Assembly: GCA_045837725.1 (NCBI GenBank)
Contig: JBEWZL010000266.1
Coordinates: 558,001 to 622,000, forward strand
Direction of reading: 5' to 3'
DNA: 64,000 nt
From: Vermamoeba vermiformis
Lineage: Eukaryota
Both the position numbers and the translations under genes were made by a program. Of the stretch, positions 24,457-36,127 are shown in pieces. The notes beneath the pieces are model-generated. The model had not been told where the DNA came from and did not search any database. It saw nothing but the letters and a program-made list of their open reading frames with translations. Every line of letters begins with the position of its first letter. Position 1 is the stretch's first letter.

Positions 24457-24589
24457 TCTTGAGTTTACGTCCTGCCGCGGACTAAAGTTTATACAAAGGC
24501 CCAGTATTGATTTTCAATTAGCAATAGTTCATAGTAAAATATTGAGGTGTTGAAACAACAAATTTACTAATAAATAACTTCGCAACTAA

Positions 24590-27500
24590 TTACATTTTAC
24601 CCTCAGCGGGCTTTTTTTTCTCCGAGTCCCAATTACTTTCTGATTTGCTTCGTGCATGCTTTGGCTTGTTTGGTTTTCTCGGGCTAGACAAGCGCGACTT
24701 CTTTTTCTTTGGGCTCAGATCTTTCGCCGCTATCAAGCTTGCTTCTTTGATCTGAGGCATAGAGAGCGATGGAAGCGAGGCAATCGTCTTACTATTACTT
24801 TCCAATGTATGAGGAACGGCAGTATTGGCGCTCTGCGGACCATCGAAGTGCAAATCTGATTCCGTCAGAACCTCAACTTTATGCTGCAACGATGGCGTTT
24901 CGGTTGAGATTGAATTGCGACGAGGAGCGCTCAACATAGGAGTACTTTGAGGAGACTCCTTCGGGGAAGTCGGTGCAGATGCGGATGTAGGATCGGGCTT
25001 GTTGTTGTCCACAATAGTGACTGTCATCTTAGTCGAAGGCTTTCTGAAATCTGCAAATGAGAATGGATTGTGATAGATCGTAGCCATGGACTTTTTGTGC
25101 GGCACTGGAATAACTTTGGACAAGTTGAATGAATGCGGAGGATCTGTAATGTACGAGTCAACAGTGGGCGGAGTAAACGTTGAAACATCAATAGGCAGTT
25201 TCTTTATGTGCTCCAAACCTACGTGTATAGATTAGCATTCATTCTCTTTGTAAAACAGGTTGCGGATCTTACCTCCGACGCTCTCAAAAACGGAGCTTTG
25301 AAGCCACACATTAGCATCCTCAGGAACCTTCTCAACGACTGGAGGTGGATGATAGCACGTGCTCGTAAATACACGCAAAATTCCGACGTGTTCGTGACTC
25401 TTAACTGGCGGAGTTGTGCCTTTAGGATACACGTCGCTAATGAAGATAGGTAACTTCAGCTTTGTTTTGCCACTATACCCTATTCATTGTATTAGCATAA
25501 GACTATATGATCTATTATAAGTGCCATTACCTTTGTATTTCAAGGTGATTCGAACTGAATAGCGAATATTGATTAAAGGAGAATGGTTCTTGGGAAGCGA
25601 CGGCGCGAGATCCGGTGGGATGCCGACAAGATATGATTTTGAGCTCCTAAATAATACAATAAGCTACACGAATGCAATAGTGCTCGGTACTTACGTGGAG
25701 TGAGGTAACAAAGGAAATCCATCCTTCAATCTTTTGCTCCAAACCATGGTTTTGAAGTAGCACGAGTGACCCTCGGCCATGTAAAAAGTCTTGCGCATAA
25801 CGCTCACTTTAGTCTCAGTAACGGTCTTAGTTGATGCGTTATCAATGTCCTATTGGTGAATTACGTAAGTTCAAGTAAATCTATCGCTTTTTTGGATCGA
25901 CTTACGCAGTCAACTTTGACAGTGTTACCAACAAAACTGACTCGAGGGCATTGTGCGGTAAGCTTGGTCTCGCCTTCTCCTTCCTTAAATTTCTATAAAC
26001 AAGTGTTAGACTTCATACTGCTTGTGAATGTTGACACTAGATCGCATCTTACCGTGAAAGTTTGAGCTGAAGAGATCGTGTCTTTTCTTGTCTCAACGAC
26101 TTTAACATCAAAAGGCACTTTGATAATCTTGTCTGTGGCCCAAGGAATGTCGATTTGAACTTTGCACATGTACGTTGTGGTGCCGGATCCACCCTTGAAG
26201 CTCGGCGGAATGTTATGTGGCAGCGTAAATGCGAACGGCCACAAATAAGAACCCGAAGCTAACGTGATCTATCATAATAATGCTCATAATCAGTAAAATA
26301 CTTCGCACAAAACAATAAAATCAATCGACATACCGGATCGCCAAACTTTTTGTCGCCGCATAACGTGACAGTATTGTTGAAGAATATATGTTCCTCATTG
26401 TATGTCTCAGTATAGCTATCATCGCCGCTACCAAAAGTTTCAGACCAATTGACTTCTTGGACTCCCTGGACAAAAGTCACGTGTGTGAGTTCCGAATGTC
26501 CACCACTAAATGACACCTGTCATCGCGCATCGTTTCGATACGTACCCTTAACTCGAGTCTCATAGATCTGATCTTCTTAGGCACGCCAACGTTCAATAAA
26601 AAGCAGCCTTTTAGTGTCTAAAAAAACATCATTAATTTACCCTGTTGCACGATGTGTTACTTTTGTCGCACAATTTAATCGTTTTTAATGTTATAAATAG
26701 CAATTATTTTACCTCGCCAGGATACCACGTAATCTTCTCCAAGATGATTCGCATATTCGTGAGTCTCAAGTTGATCTGCTCGGATTTTCGCTCCGAGATC
26801 GGCGTTGCTGAAAATCGAATTACGATGCGGATCTCACCGCCGCTACCTTCCTAACGTGTAAAATCGTCAGAATATGTGTCTTTACATCCGGATGAAGCAA
26901 ATGTAATCAAAATCGGCAAGTATGAAAGTGTTTCGACAAATCACATTTTTTTTACTACGCTCGTTCATGAAACCGGTATATTACTGAAACGGCGTTGGAT
27001 CGCGATAAAAATTAAGCGAGGCTTACTTGTAGTGGGTACCAAGCATCTACGGCGTGATCGTTTTGCAGCTTTGTGAGGTCGATCAACACAAATCCAAACT
27101 TTTTGTTGGCGGTGATAATGTTGTGACCCTACATCGATTATTAATCACTAAAATATTGTTTTAATCGTAAACATCGCACTTACGTAAACTTTTAAGCGCA
27201 ACGGTACACTCCTGTTAAGTACTGTCATGATGAACTCTTCGTTCCACTGAATTTCGCAATTTTTGATCAGTCAAGGCTAAGTATGGCACTAATATAATTT
27301 ACAGAGCTAAATAAAACATAATTGGATCGCTTTTCGATTCAGTTTAGTTGATTTTGCGTGATCCAACACTGAAAATCGGGTAATTCTGAATTAATTTCTG
27401 CTTACCTTAGGGTTGTTAGATTTGGAAAAGGTGCGTGTTTTGAACGTGGGCATGTTTTTAGCGTTCAGTTTAATTTTTACAAACGCATCTGTAAAATAGT

Positions 27501-27688
27501 TAACGAATAGTTCCATTATAATTCACAGTTTACTTACCTTCCAAATTATTTTTATCGTGACAGGTGAGATTACGAGCTTCTATTACTTTAATATAGAGCT
27601 GCCCCCGTTCTGGTGCCTCGATCGTGCTTGACGCACGAGATTCGACGGAACTACGAGGGGTTTTGTTGAGCAGTTGGTCTTGCTCCAT
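24590..27688 (-). CDS. C2 domain + arrestin-fold protein (Dictyostelium AdcB/C-like) with low-complexity tail
   Basis: C2: GQLYIKVIEARNL, DAFVKIKL, WNEEF. Arrestin-N: TWYPGE, GVQEVNWSE, YLWPFAFTLPHNIPPSF, IDIPWATD. Arrestin-C: INIRYSVRITL. Confidence 0.8.
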
Positions 27689-27824
27689 GACTTAATACTG
27701 CTACCTTTGTATGTTCATTTGCTAACAATAAAATGAAAAACAACAAAAAACTCTCCAAGAAACAGCACGTATTTTCTAAATAAGGAAATGCAGACCTGCA
27801 ACATTGTGAGTTAACTTGTGATGT

Positions 27825-29714
27825 TTATTGTGAAAACAGCGACAAGGTAAACGGTTGATTATCTCCTACGAGGGTCTCCCAATATGATTTTTTGTTCCTT
27901 TCGTCTTCTCGCTCTTGCACAACTTTTTCAGCCTTGGCGAGCTCATCCGGCTGTTTTTCGAGCATTACTCGTCGGAACTCACGCCACAATTCTGGTTTTT
28001 TCTTCTTCTTCAAAAATTCAACGACGTTAGCAAGGTTATACCGATTAACGACGTTCTGTGTAACAGCTATTGATTCTTCGAGGTTCAGCGCTAAATGCCA
28101 CCAACCATTAGGGATAAACACGAGGTCTCCAGGTCTCTGAACGCATTCATAGGGCTAATAATGCTAAATTAGTATTGTGCTCGGGACCTACTCAAACTAT
28201 TGGCATACCTTAACCTCGCCCTTCATCGCCTCATTGTAGAAATTGACGAACCATTCGATGACTGACACGGATGTTGTGACCTTAAATCAACGTTACTCAA
28301 TGTCATAAAGTCATATAATATTAATTACCTTCATGCCATCGTCGCTGGGAATAACACCAGGTGGAGTGACGTCGGGTGGAAACATGACCCATTTCTTGGC
28401 ACCGCTGATAAGTGCATTCCATGCAGAGGTCGAGTTTGGATCTTTGTGAAAGGTCGAGCCCGATTTAGGCGGACCAACGAGAATCCATCGAAAACTCGGT
28501 CTAGCTTTGCCTTCAATCAACGAGAAATAATCCTCTAAAACGCAGAGTTAGATCAGGATCGAGATCCGATTCAACCACGTACCTTTAAAATAAACAGGGA
28601 CTTCGTAATCTTTGAGAAATTGAGGTCCTTTTTCGCCGAAATCGTTGTCAAACAAATATAGCGGCTGTTCTTCGGTTGTTTTTTCGCAATACTGGATGTA
28701 CTTCGCCATGGTCGTTGAAACGCGGCCAATTTGAAACTCGATGTCGCCATAATTAGCAACAAGATTTTGTTTGCTCCATTTTTCAACTAATAATAAGCCA
28801 TTAGTACTGACAGAAAAAAATTAATTTGGATCTGCTTACAAATTCCGGGCCATTTGTCAATAACATCGGTGATTACTACGGGCTTATTCGGTTCTAGATA
28901 TTCTTTAGCAAAGTCTTCGTAACTTAAATTATTCCTTCGATCAATTGTCTCGTGTCCGTTGTCCCATTGTTTGATATTTACAGCCGTGCATTGCCACGTA
29001 TGGAACAGCAGATCTGAATAAAATCCTTGCACTCTAATGGCATGCTCAAATTGCGGTATAACAAAATTGGGATTTTTCCTGAAAGAACGAAGATAAGCAA
29101 ATTACGAAATCCTCGATCGAGATCAGATCGCGATCTTACCGTTTAATGTAAGTGTCTCTCCAAGTGCCTTGAAACCACCAATCGCCTTCAAATTCATCCA
29201 TGCAAAATTCTTTCCATAAATCTTCATCGCGAGTAAATATATACAATACTTTGCTCGATTGAGCTAATTTACATAATTCAGTTGGTTCGAAAAAATTCAT
29301 CAGATCGATCAATAATTCATCGCTTAGCATTGATAAATAGCCTAAGCTTAATGTGCGCGTGTCTTCTTGGCCTGCACCAGCGCCATACAAGAAATAATTG
29401 CCGAGTGGTTGAACTCCGTGTGGATGCTTGCCTAAAATGCCAATTTAATTCAAATACATTATATTATAATCGGGTCATAATAAAATATAATTATATGCAT
29501 TTTTAAAAATTGACGTGAGAAAAGAGCTTGGATCTGATCGATCGAACCCGTTTTCTTTGATTGGAATCAACTTAATAATATTATAATATTTCTATATTAT
29601 TAGAAGTATTATTTCTCCTAACTTACGGCCTAAAACCAAAGCTGACGTCTTGATGCGTTTCAGATCTGATCCTCCGTTTGTAGGGGCTCTCTTTCTCTTT
29701 TTGTTTCCAAACAT
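27825..29714 (-). CDS. F-box + JmjC (JMJD6/JMJ22-like) 2OG oxygenase
   Basis: HPHGVQPLGN, F-box LSDELLIDLM..LCKLAQSSK, RWILVGPPKSGSTFHKDPN and FIPNGWWHLALNLEESIAVTQN. Confidence 0.9.
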
Positions 29715-29911
29715 TGTTAACCGTCTTCTGTTATGCTACTTTGAAGTCGATTAATAGGCACAATTTCAGAAAAGCGGCTTTTATTTCAGTGAACTAACAT
29801 ATTACGAGATACGCACCGTTTTCCACCATTGACGTGAATACAGTACGACAGTTCGCCGAATAAAAGAATAGAAGAGTCCGTTCTACGGTATTTACGACGA
29901 GAAAGATACCA

Positions 29912-31193
29912 ATGTGGACTCGCTGCTTATTTCGAGGTGATTGCCACGACTTCAACTACCGCAAAAAAGGATTTGACGCGGCACAACCGATGAAAGATTT
30001 GAAATGCGCTGGAAAACTGATAAAAAAATGGGCCGTCGAGCGGAATTGTTTTGCACAGTTCGAAGAGCTCGTGAATGCATTGGTTAGTTTCTTCTATTAT
30101 TTATTGCTAGGGCTAATGGCGTTGATTTCAGACGAATCCCGACGCATTTCAAAGAATAACAGCACTACAAGCGTTGGACATGTTGAACGGCAATCCAATC
30201 CATAAGCCTAATTTCCTCGAAAAGCAAGTTACCATCGATGCGTCTATGTCACTAATTTCTGACTTAGTGATTCGGTATTCGTGCAATACCCGTATCAACA
30301 AGTGATGGCACAGTTTGTTGCCCAATTTGAGAATGAATTAAAACCTGCACTGCAAGACGTGTCAAATTTTGACGCGTGTCAATGGCACACTGAAGCAAGC
30401 AAAAATCGTACGACGTCACTGAAGTTCGGAACAAGATTAGGCCAAAAAGTGTTCGCCAAGATCAGATATGACTTTTTGCACTTAATTGGTATGCGATATA
30501 TACTTAAAATAGTCGTCGTTGACATAAGGCGTACCAGCCAAAGAATACTACGTCACCAAAATGATGAGTGGAACATCAAAACATCTGCCAACGGTCATTG
30601 CGTCGAGTGCACTGCAACCATTGGACAACGAAGAAGCAGGATTTATTCTCGTGATGCCCGAGTACCACACAGAACCGAAAGAAAAGAACTTGTTGAAGAC
30701 CTTTTCAGAGCTGTTGAGTGCATTGAACACATTGCAGCGATATGGATTGGTGCACGGTGATATCGCACCACAGAATATCATGTGGAATGATAACGACGAG
30801 CTCGTTGTAAGTCGGTCACGTCCATTAACGATAATCATGAGTTAAACTTATTCGCTTGTTTAGTTGATTGACTTCGGCAGTGCATTTATGGTGAACCACA
30901 AAAGTATGGGTCTTGAGCCAGTGTGCGCCGGTCACGAAGGCTACATGGCTCCTGAGCATGTACCAACACTTGCGTCAGATATTTACGGTGTTGCCAGAGT
31001 GATGTTTTATTTCATGAATCAGTGGGGGGTGAGGGATGCCAAAATGCTGGAAATTATGCGGAAAATGGTTAACGGTAGTAGTTTTATTTACGATGCATTA
31101 ACACTTTTGCAGATACGAGTGAACTGGTACAAACGACCGACACTTGAGCAGATCTTAGAAGCCCGTCCCGATCGAGATCCGTTGCAATATTAA
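29912..31193 (+). pseudogene. 5'-truncated copy of a tandem (pseudo)kinase-kinase gene
   Basis: Begins in the C-lobe of kinase domain 1 (WTRCLFRGDC, equivalent to WRFCQLRGDC in the 32517-34493 copy). The second domain has VFAK, HGDIAPQN, DFG and GYMAPE. It may still encode a single-kinase protein. Confidence 0.55.
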
Positions 31194-31613
31194 TCACTCA
31201 TTTAGGGACGACGATCTGGTCGAGGAACTGAAACAGGCTTCGAGACTAACAACAATAACAATAATGAGAAAAACGGCGAAGACGGTGAAAACAGCATTAA
31301 CCTATCGACGAAGTTTATTTACTGGATAGGAGAGTAAAATCAGATGAATATTTTTGCAGAGTAAAGTAATTAGGTAGAAATATTTTTAGTATTGTAAGGA
31401 GTTTAGTTTGTTGCGGAATTAATACTACAAAATAAAGTCTTTCTAAAAACAAAATCGGATGCGTCGTAAGATCTGACATGGCTGCTGGAGTTAATATTGG
31501 AAGAGTACGAGGTCATGCATTTCAATCCTTGAATTGGAATTGTACTAATAAGGAAATGGTGTAGCGTCTTGTACAAAATAGCCGAAAAATTTTAGTTTCA
31601 TCAAATATACAAC

Positions 31614-32327
31614 ATGGGGCACAATAATACTATTTTACTATTATTATGGTTTATAGCGGCATGTAATGCAGATTGGCTGGTTTGGCAACAATGCTACGAT
31701 GGCGATAACATGGTCAATTTCCAAACGTATCCAGTGCTAATGTACATGAACGGCAATTGCGTACCGGATATAACTTCAGACAAAAATACGTATTTAAAAA
31801 TCAATCAGAGCTCACCAGGCTATTGGAGCGAATGGAGTTGTTTCGAGCTTAATTGTAACTCTTGTTTATTGAAAGGACACCAATGGAATAAGCTTAGCAA
31901 CGATACATATAAAAAGATGCCGTGCAAGGATCGTGCTGAAAAGAAATATTGGATTTATTTGGATCAGAACAAATTTCCAGACCATAACGATTATTCAGAG
32001 CCAATAGACCCGAAAATAAACCACTGGCACTTGCAAGTTAATTACCCCCTTGGAACGACGGTATGTGATTGGAATACAGCGCCTATTGTTCACGCGCACC
32101 CTCCTGGTCACTCGATCATTATCAAGGAAGAACTAAACACTTGGTGTGAGGCTGCAACATGCTTTGATTATAATTCCATAGAGACATTTATTTCTAGGGG
32201 CAGCACAACGCCTTGCCCGATGCGTCCTTTTAGGCCACATCATATGTTTATGGAGCCGAACATGTGTATCGTTCATTCCGACAGCGTCACGCTTGAACAG
32301 TGTACTGGAACTTCGCCTAATAAATAA
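31614..32327 (+). CDS. Secreted Cys/Trp-rich hypothetical protein, intronless
   Basis: 237-aa ORF with signal peptide (ILLLLWFIAACNA) and many Cys and Trp residues. Confidence 0.7.
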   Translation: MGHNNTILLLLWFIAACNADWLVWQQCYDGDNMVNFQTYPVLMYMNGNCVPDITSDKNTYLKINQSSPGYWSEWSCFELNCNSCLLKGHQWNKLSNDTYKKMPCKDRAEKKYWIYLDQNKFPDHNDYSEPIDPKINHWHLQVNYPLGTTVCDWNTAPIVHAHPPGHSIIIKEELNTWCEAATCFDYNSIETFISRGSTTPCPMRPFRPHHMFMEPNMCIVHSDSVTLEQCTGTSPNK

Positions 32328-32516
32328 TCACTTAATTAATACGTTTGTTCCTTTCTATCGAGCTGAATTGTGGTGGTTGATCTCGTTTGAAGAGCTGCAA
32401 CAACCACAACTGTGGGGTTTTTTTTTTTAAAAATTTTGGGTGCGGTAAAAAACTTGCTGCCTTTGTTTCCGACTGAAGGTTAGTACCTTTGTGACGTGTT
32501 CACACTCAAACGTCGG

Positions 32517-34493
32517 TCAAGGTTCCAGTAGCGCGCACTGTATTTGCTCAATTGTGGGTCGTTTAAACCATTGCGGATGAACCTGGCACATGTCAGTTAG
32601 TTTTTTCTGTAGTTGTTTCAGCAGTTACCATTTTTTTAACCAAATCGATTAAATTAGCATCCTTCTGCTTCCACTGCGCCATGTAATACAGCATCACTAC
32701 TCCGGTGCTGTATATGTCCGATGCAAGTGTTGGGACATACTCGGGAGCCATGTAGCCTTCGTGACCTCGGTACAGCGGTTCAGGGCCGATGCACTCGTGA
32801 TTGACCATAAATGCACTGCCAAAGTCAATCAACTAAACAAGCGAATAAGTTTTACTCATGATTATCGTTAATTGTTATGATGGACTTACAACGAGCTCAT
32901 CGTTATCATTCCACATGATATTCTGCGGTGCAATATCACCGTGCACCAATCCATATCGCTGCAATGTGTTCAATGCACTCAACAGCTCTGAAAAGGTCTT
33001 CAACAAGTTCTTTTCTTTCGGTTCTGTGTGGTACTCGGGCATCACGAGAATAAATCCTGCTTCTTCGTTGTCCGATGCTTGCAGTGCACTTGACGCAATG
33101 ACCGTCGGCAGATGCTTCGATGTGCCGCTCATCATTTTGGTGACGTAGTATTCCCAGGCTGAATAACAGGTTACTATGGCAGACGCGATAAGAATTTACA
33201 TACCTATCAAATTAATGGCATCTCGTTTAATCTTTGCAAATACCTTCGCTCCATTTCTTACACCAAACTTCAGCAAAGTCGATGGATGTGTACTCGCTTC
33301 AGATTGCCACTGGCACGTGCCAACACTTGACTCGGCATCAGTAGTAGCTGTTTGTAGCTCGGTTTTAAATTGAGCGATGAATTGATCGGTGACGCGCTGA
33401 TACGACTGTTGAACGAAGATTGAGTCGCTACGAAGCTTCAGTGAGTAACACGTGCAACACTAAGGCGACAATGCTTACTTCTCGAGATAATCTGGCATCA
33501 GAACTTCTCGGCCATTCAACATAGCAAGCGCTTGCATCGCCGTCAATCGTTGAAAAGGGTTGGGATTGCTCTGATTAGTGTTAACAATTGCTACCTTATT
33601 ACAGGAGAGCAACATACCAAGGCGTTTATCAGTGCTTCGAATTCTTTGACGCAATTGCGCTGCGTGGCCCATTCTTGAATTATTTCGCCCACCGCAAGCA
33701 AATCGCTGAACGGTTGTGCCGTGTCGTACTTGCCTCCGTAAAAAGAATTGCAATCACCGCGTAGTTGACAAAACCGCCAACAAATCAACTGAAAAGCATT
33801 ATTAGCAAAATTATTACTATTGCTGTTGCTTACTATAATTTTGTCGCAGTCCCACTCAACGCAGCGAGAATTCAAATTCCGGTGCACGAGTCCTTGTTTG
33901 TGCACGTTGTGCAAGGCATAAAGCAATTGTTCCGCCATTTGATTCACGGTGAGTGATTCAGGCAGCTCTTTAGGACATTTCTTGCGTATTATCAAGATGC
34001 AACGCGGTCGTTTTTCGTAGCCCAGGAGTGTTGGAATGCCCGGCTGACCTTGTAACTCCGTATACACGTACAACTCGAAGCAATCTATCCGAGTGTTTAA
34101 AACAATGCGATTTGACTTACGAACTCACTCGTAGTTTCGCAGGTTACAGGCATTCCACTTAACTCTCCTTCTTTGACAAGCCAGTCGGGATCTCCAGGTT
34201 CAATCCACTTGTAGTCCGGATTTGAAGCCACTTTTCCGCATTGACTTGGGTATGTATCGCATAAAGGTATTATATCTTTTGTATACATATTGAAGAATTT
34301 TGCTTTTGGCGACAAATAAATAAAATTCAATACACCGAATAGCTCATCCCGCTCGGAACTTGAAACTAAAAAACAAGAGTTGCTAATTAACTATAATATT
34401 TAAATAAGTGTTAATAATTTTATATTATTTAATATTTTAAATAAGAATTCAAAAATCGAGCAAGTAAATCTATTTACCAGCGAAAGTTGCCAT
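32517..34493 (-). CDS. Tandem pseudokinase + protein kinase
   Basis: Domain 1 has VHRNLNSRCVEW (no catalytic Asp, no DFG). Domain 2 has KVFAK, HGDIAPQNIMW, IDFG and GYMAPE. Exons are joined by GT..AG introns. Confidence 0.75.
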
Positions 34494-34812
34494 GAAGAAT
34501 TCATACTCTTACGTATAAACGATGATTACCATTCATTCTACAACATTGAGAGTCTTTCCAAAATGCGCTGCTTTCTATCACGAAACGAGTTCAACAAATT
34601 AATTAAAAAAACTGCAATTTTTGCTTTAAAGCGGGCTCATTCAATCGGCAATTAGCAAGCGCCAGTCAATCCACAAAAAGTATTGTCAAATCGGCATCCC
34701 CTCTGCGATCCTATATTTCCTTCAGATTACCCAAAGATTCAATCTTGCTTAGAAAGGTCATTGGATCGAGCACGGCATAATCCCAATGCATTTACTAACA
34801 AGTAACTGTACA

Positions 34813-36051
34813 TTATTTAATCTCAACTACCATCTCCTTGCGATAGCCCGTGTGCTCTTTGTGCATAAAGTAGCCGTGCTGATTCGACACTACGCGCACT
34901 CCGTTGAAGTTCTGATCGTTGCTGTAGTGCGTGTGGCCGTAGAACCACGCTCGGACTGGCGCTGCAAACAAGTGGTCCAAGTCCGTGGCAAAGGCGCAGT
35001 TGATCGCACTGCCCTCGTACTCTGGCGCACTCGTCCTTTTCGTCGTCGGGGCGTGGTGCGTCATCACAATCACTTCTTCACCTGCCTCTTTGGCTGCTTT
35101 GATCTGTTCGTCGACAGTATTAGTATGATATGATAGTCCAAAAACATAAAGAATACGCGCAATACGCATATTGTTGCGAAAAATTATTAACGACAGATCT
35201 CGTTCTTATTGGCAGCACCAAGGTTTTTTAACGAACCCAACTTGCCATAATAATATTAGTGAATCCTTACCTCGCTTTCCAACCATGCAATTTCGTCTTT
35301 GAACCATCTGTTCGTGTCTGCAATGCGAATTTTTCTCGTTTTGCCGTCTTGTTCGCGTGTTGAAATCATCGCGTAGTCGTTCAAACTGCGCTGAACTTGT
35401 TGGGCACTTTCATCAGGCACGTAACTATATTACTAATGATTAGGAAGGATACTAGATAGATTCAGAGGCGAGGTCGAACTGATCTAGCCTTTAAAGAGCA
35501 AAAAAGGAAAATTTTATGACGATTACCTCCACAAAGTAGTGCCTAATATTCTGAATTTTCCGATCTTGACGCTCTTCTTTTGCATGAAATGAACGTTTGG
35601 AAATTTGGCGCAGATGTCGACCATCATTTTTTGTGCGTCTTCGTAGACGTTGGTGTAATATTCATCTGCGGAATTTTAGATATAATAATTTAATTATTTA
35701 TTACTTACGATTGCCTGCTAGAACAAAGACTTCTTTAAATAGCTTCGACTATAAATTTCCAAAATTAAATTGATTTCAAACGACCGTTCTTGTAGACGTA
35801 CCTGCTCTTCTATAAATTTCTCATACAACGGTCGTTTAGGATTGCCAATGTCTCCAAGCAGAGCGGCATAAGGAGCCTTTGGTTCCCACTTCTCGATCCG
35901 AATCTCATCAACAAAAAATTCTATTGCGTAATTAACATCACAATATAGCGTCCAATAAATATTATAACTTCTTACCAATATGAAGATCGCTCATAATTTG
36001 GAATTGGATCGGCTCCTGGTTGCCCTTAGAATTCGTTGCGTCTTTTTCCAT
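34813..36051 (-). CDS. Calcineurin-like metallophosphoesterase
   Basis: QIMSDLHI, LLGDIG, GNH, GTTLW, MTHHAP and YGHTH. Confidence 0.88.
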
Positions 36052-36127
36052 TTTAATTTGATCTTTCTTGCTTGCTATATTAAATAATAATAAATAATGT
36101 GCTTGTCCGAAAGATTTTAGGTCACGA

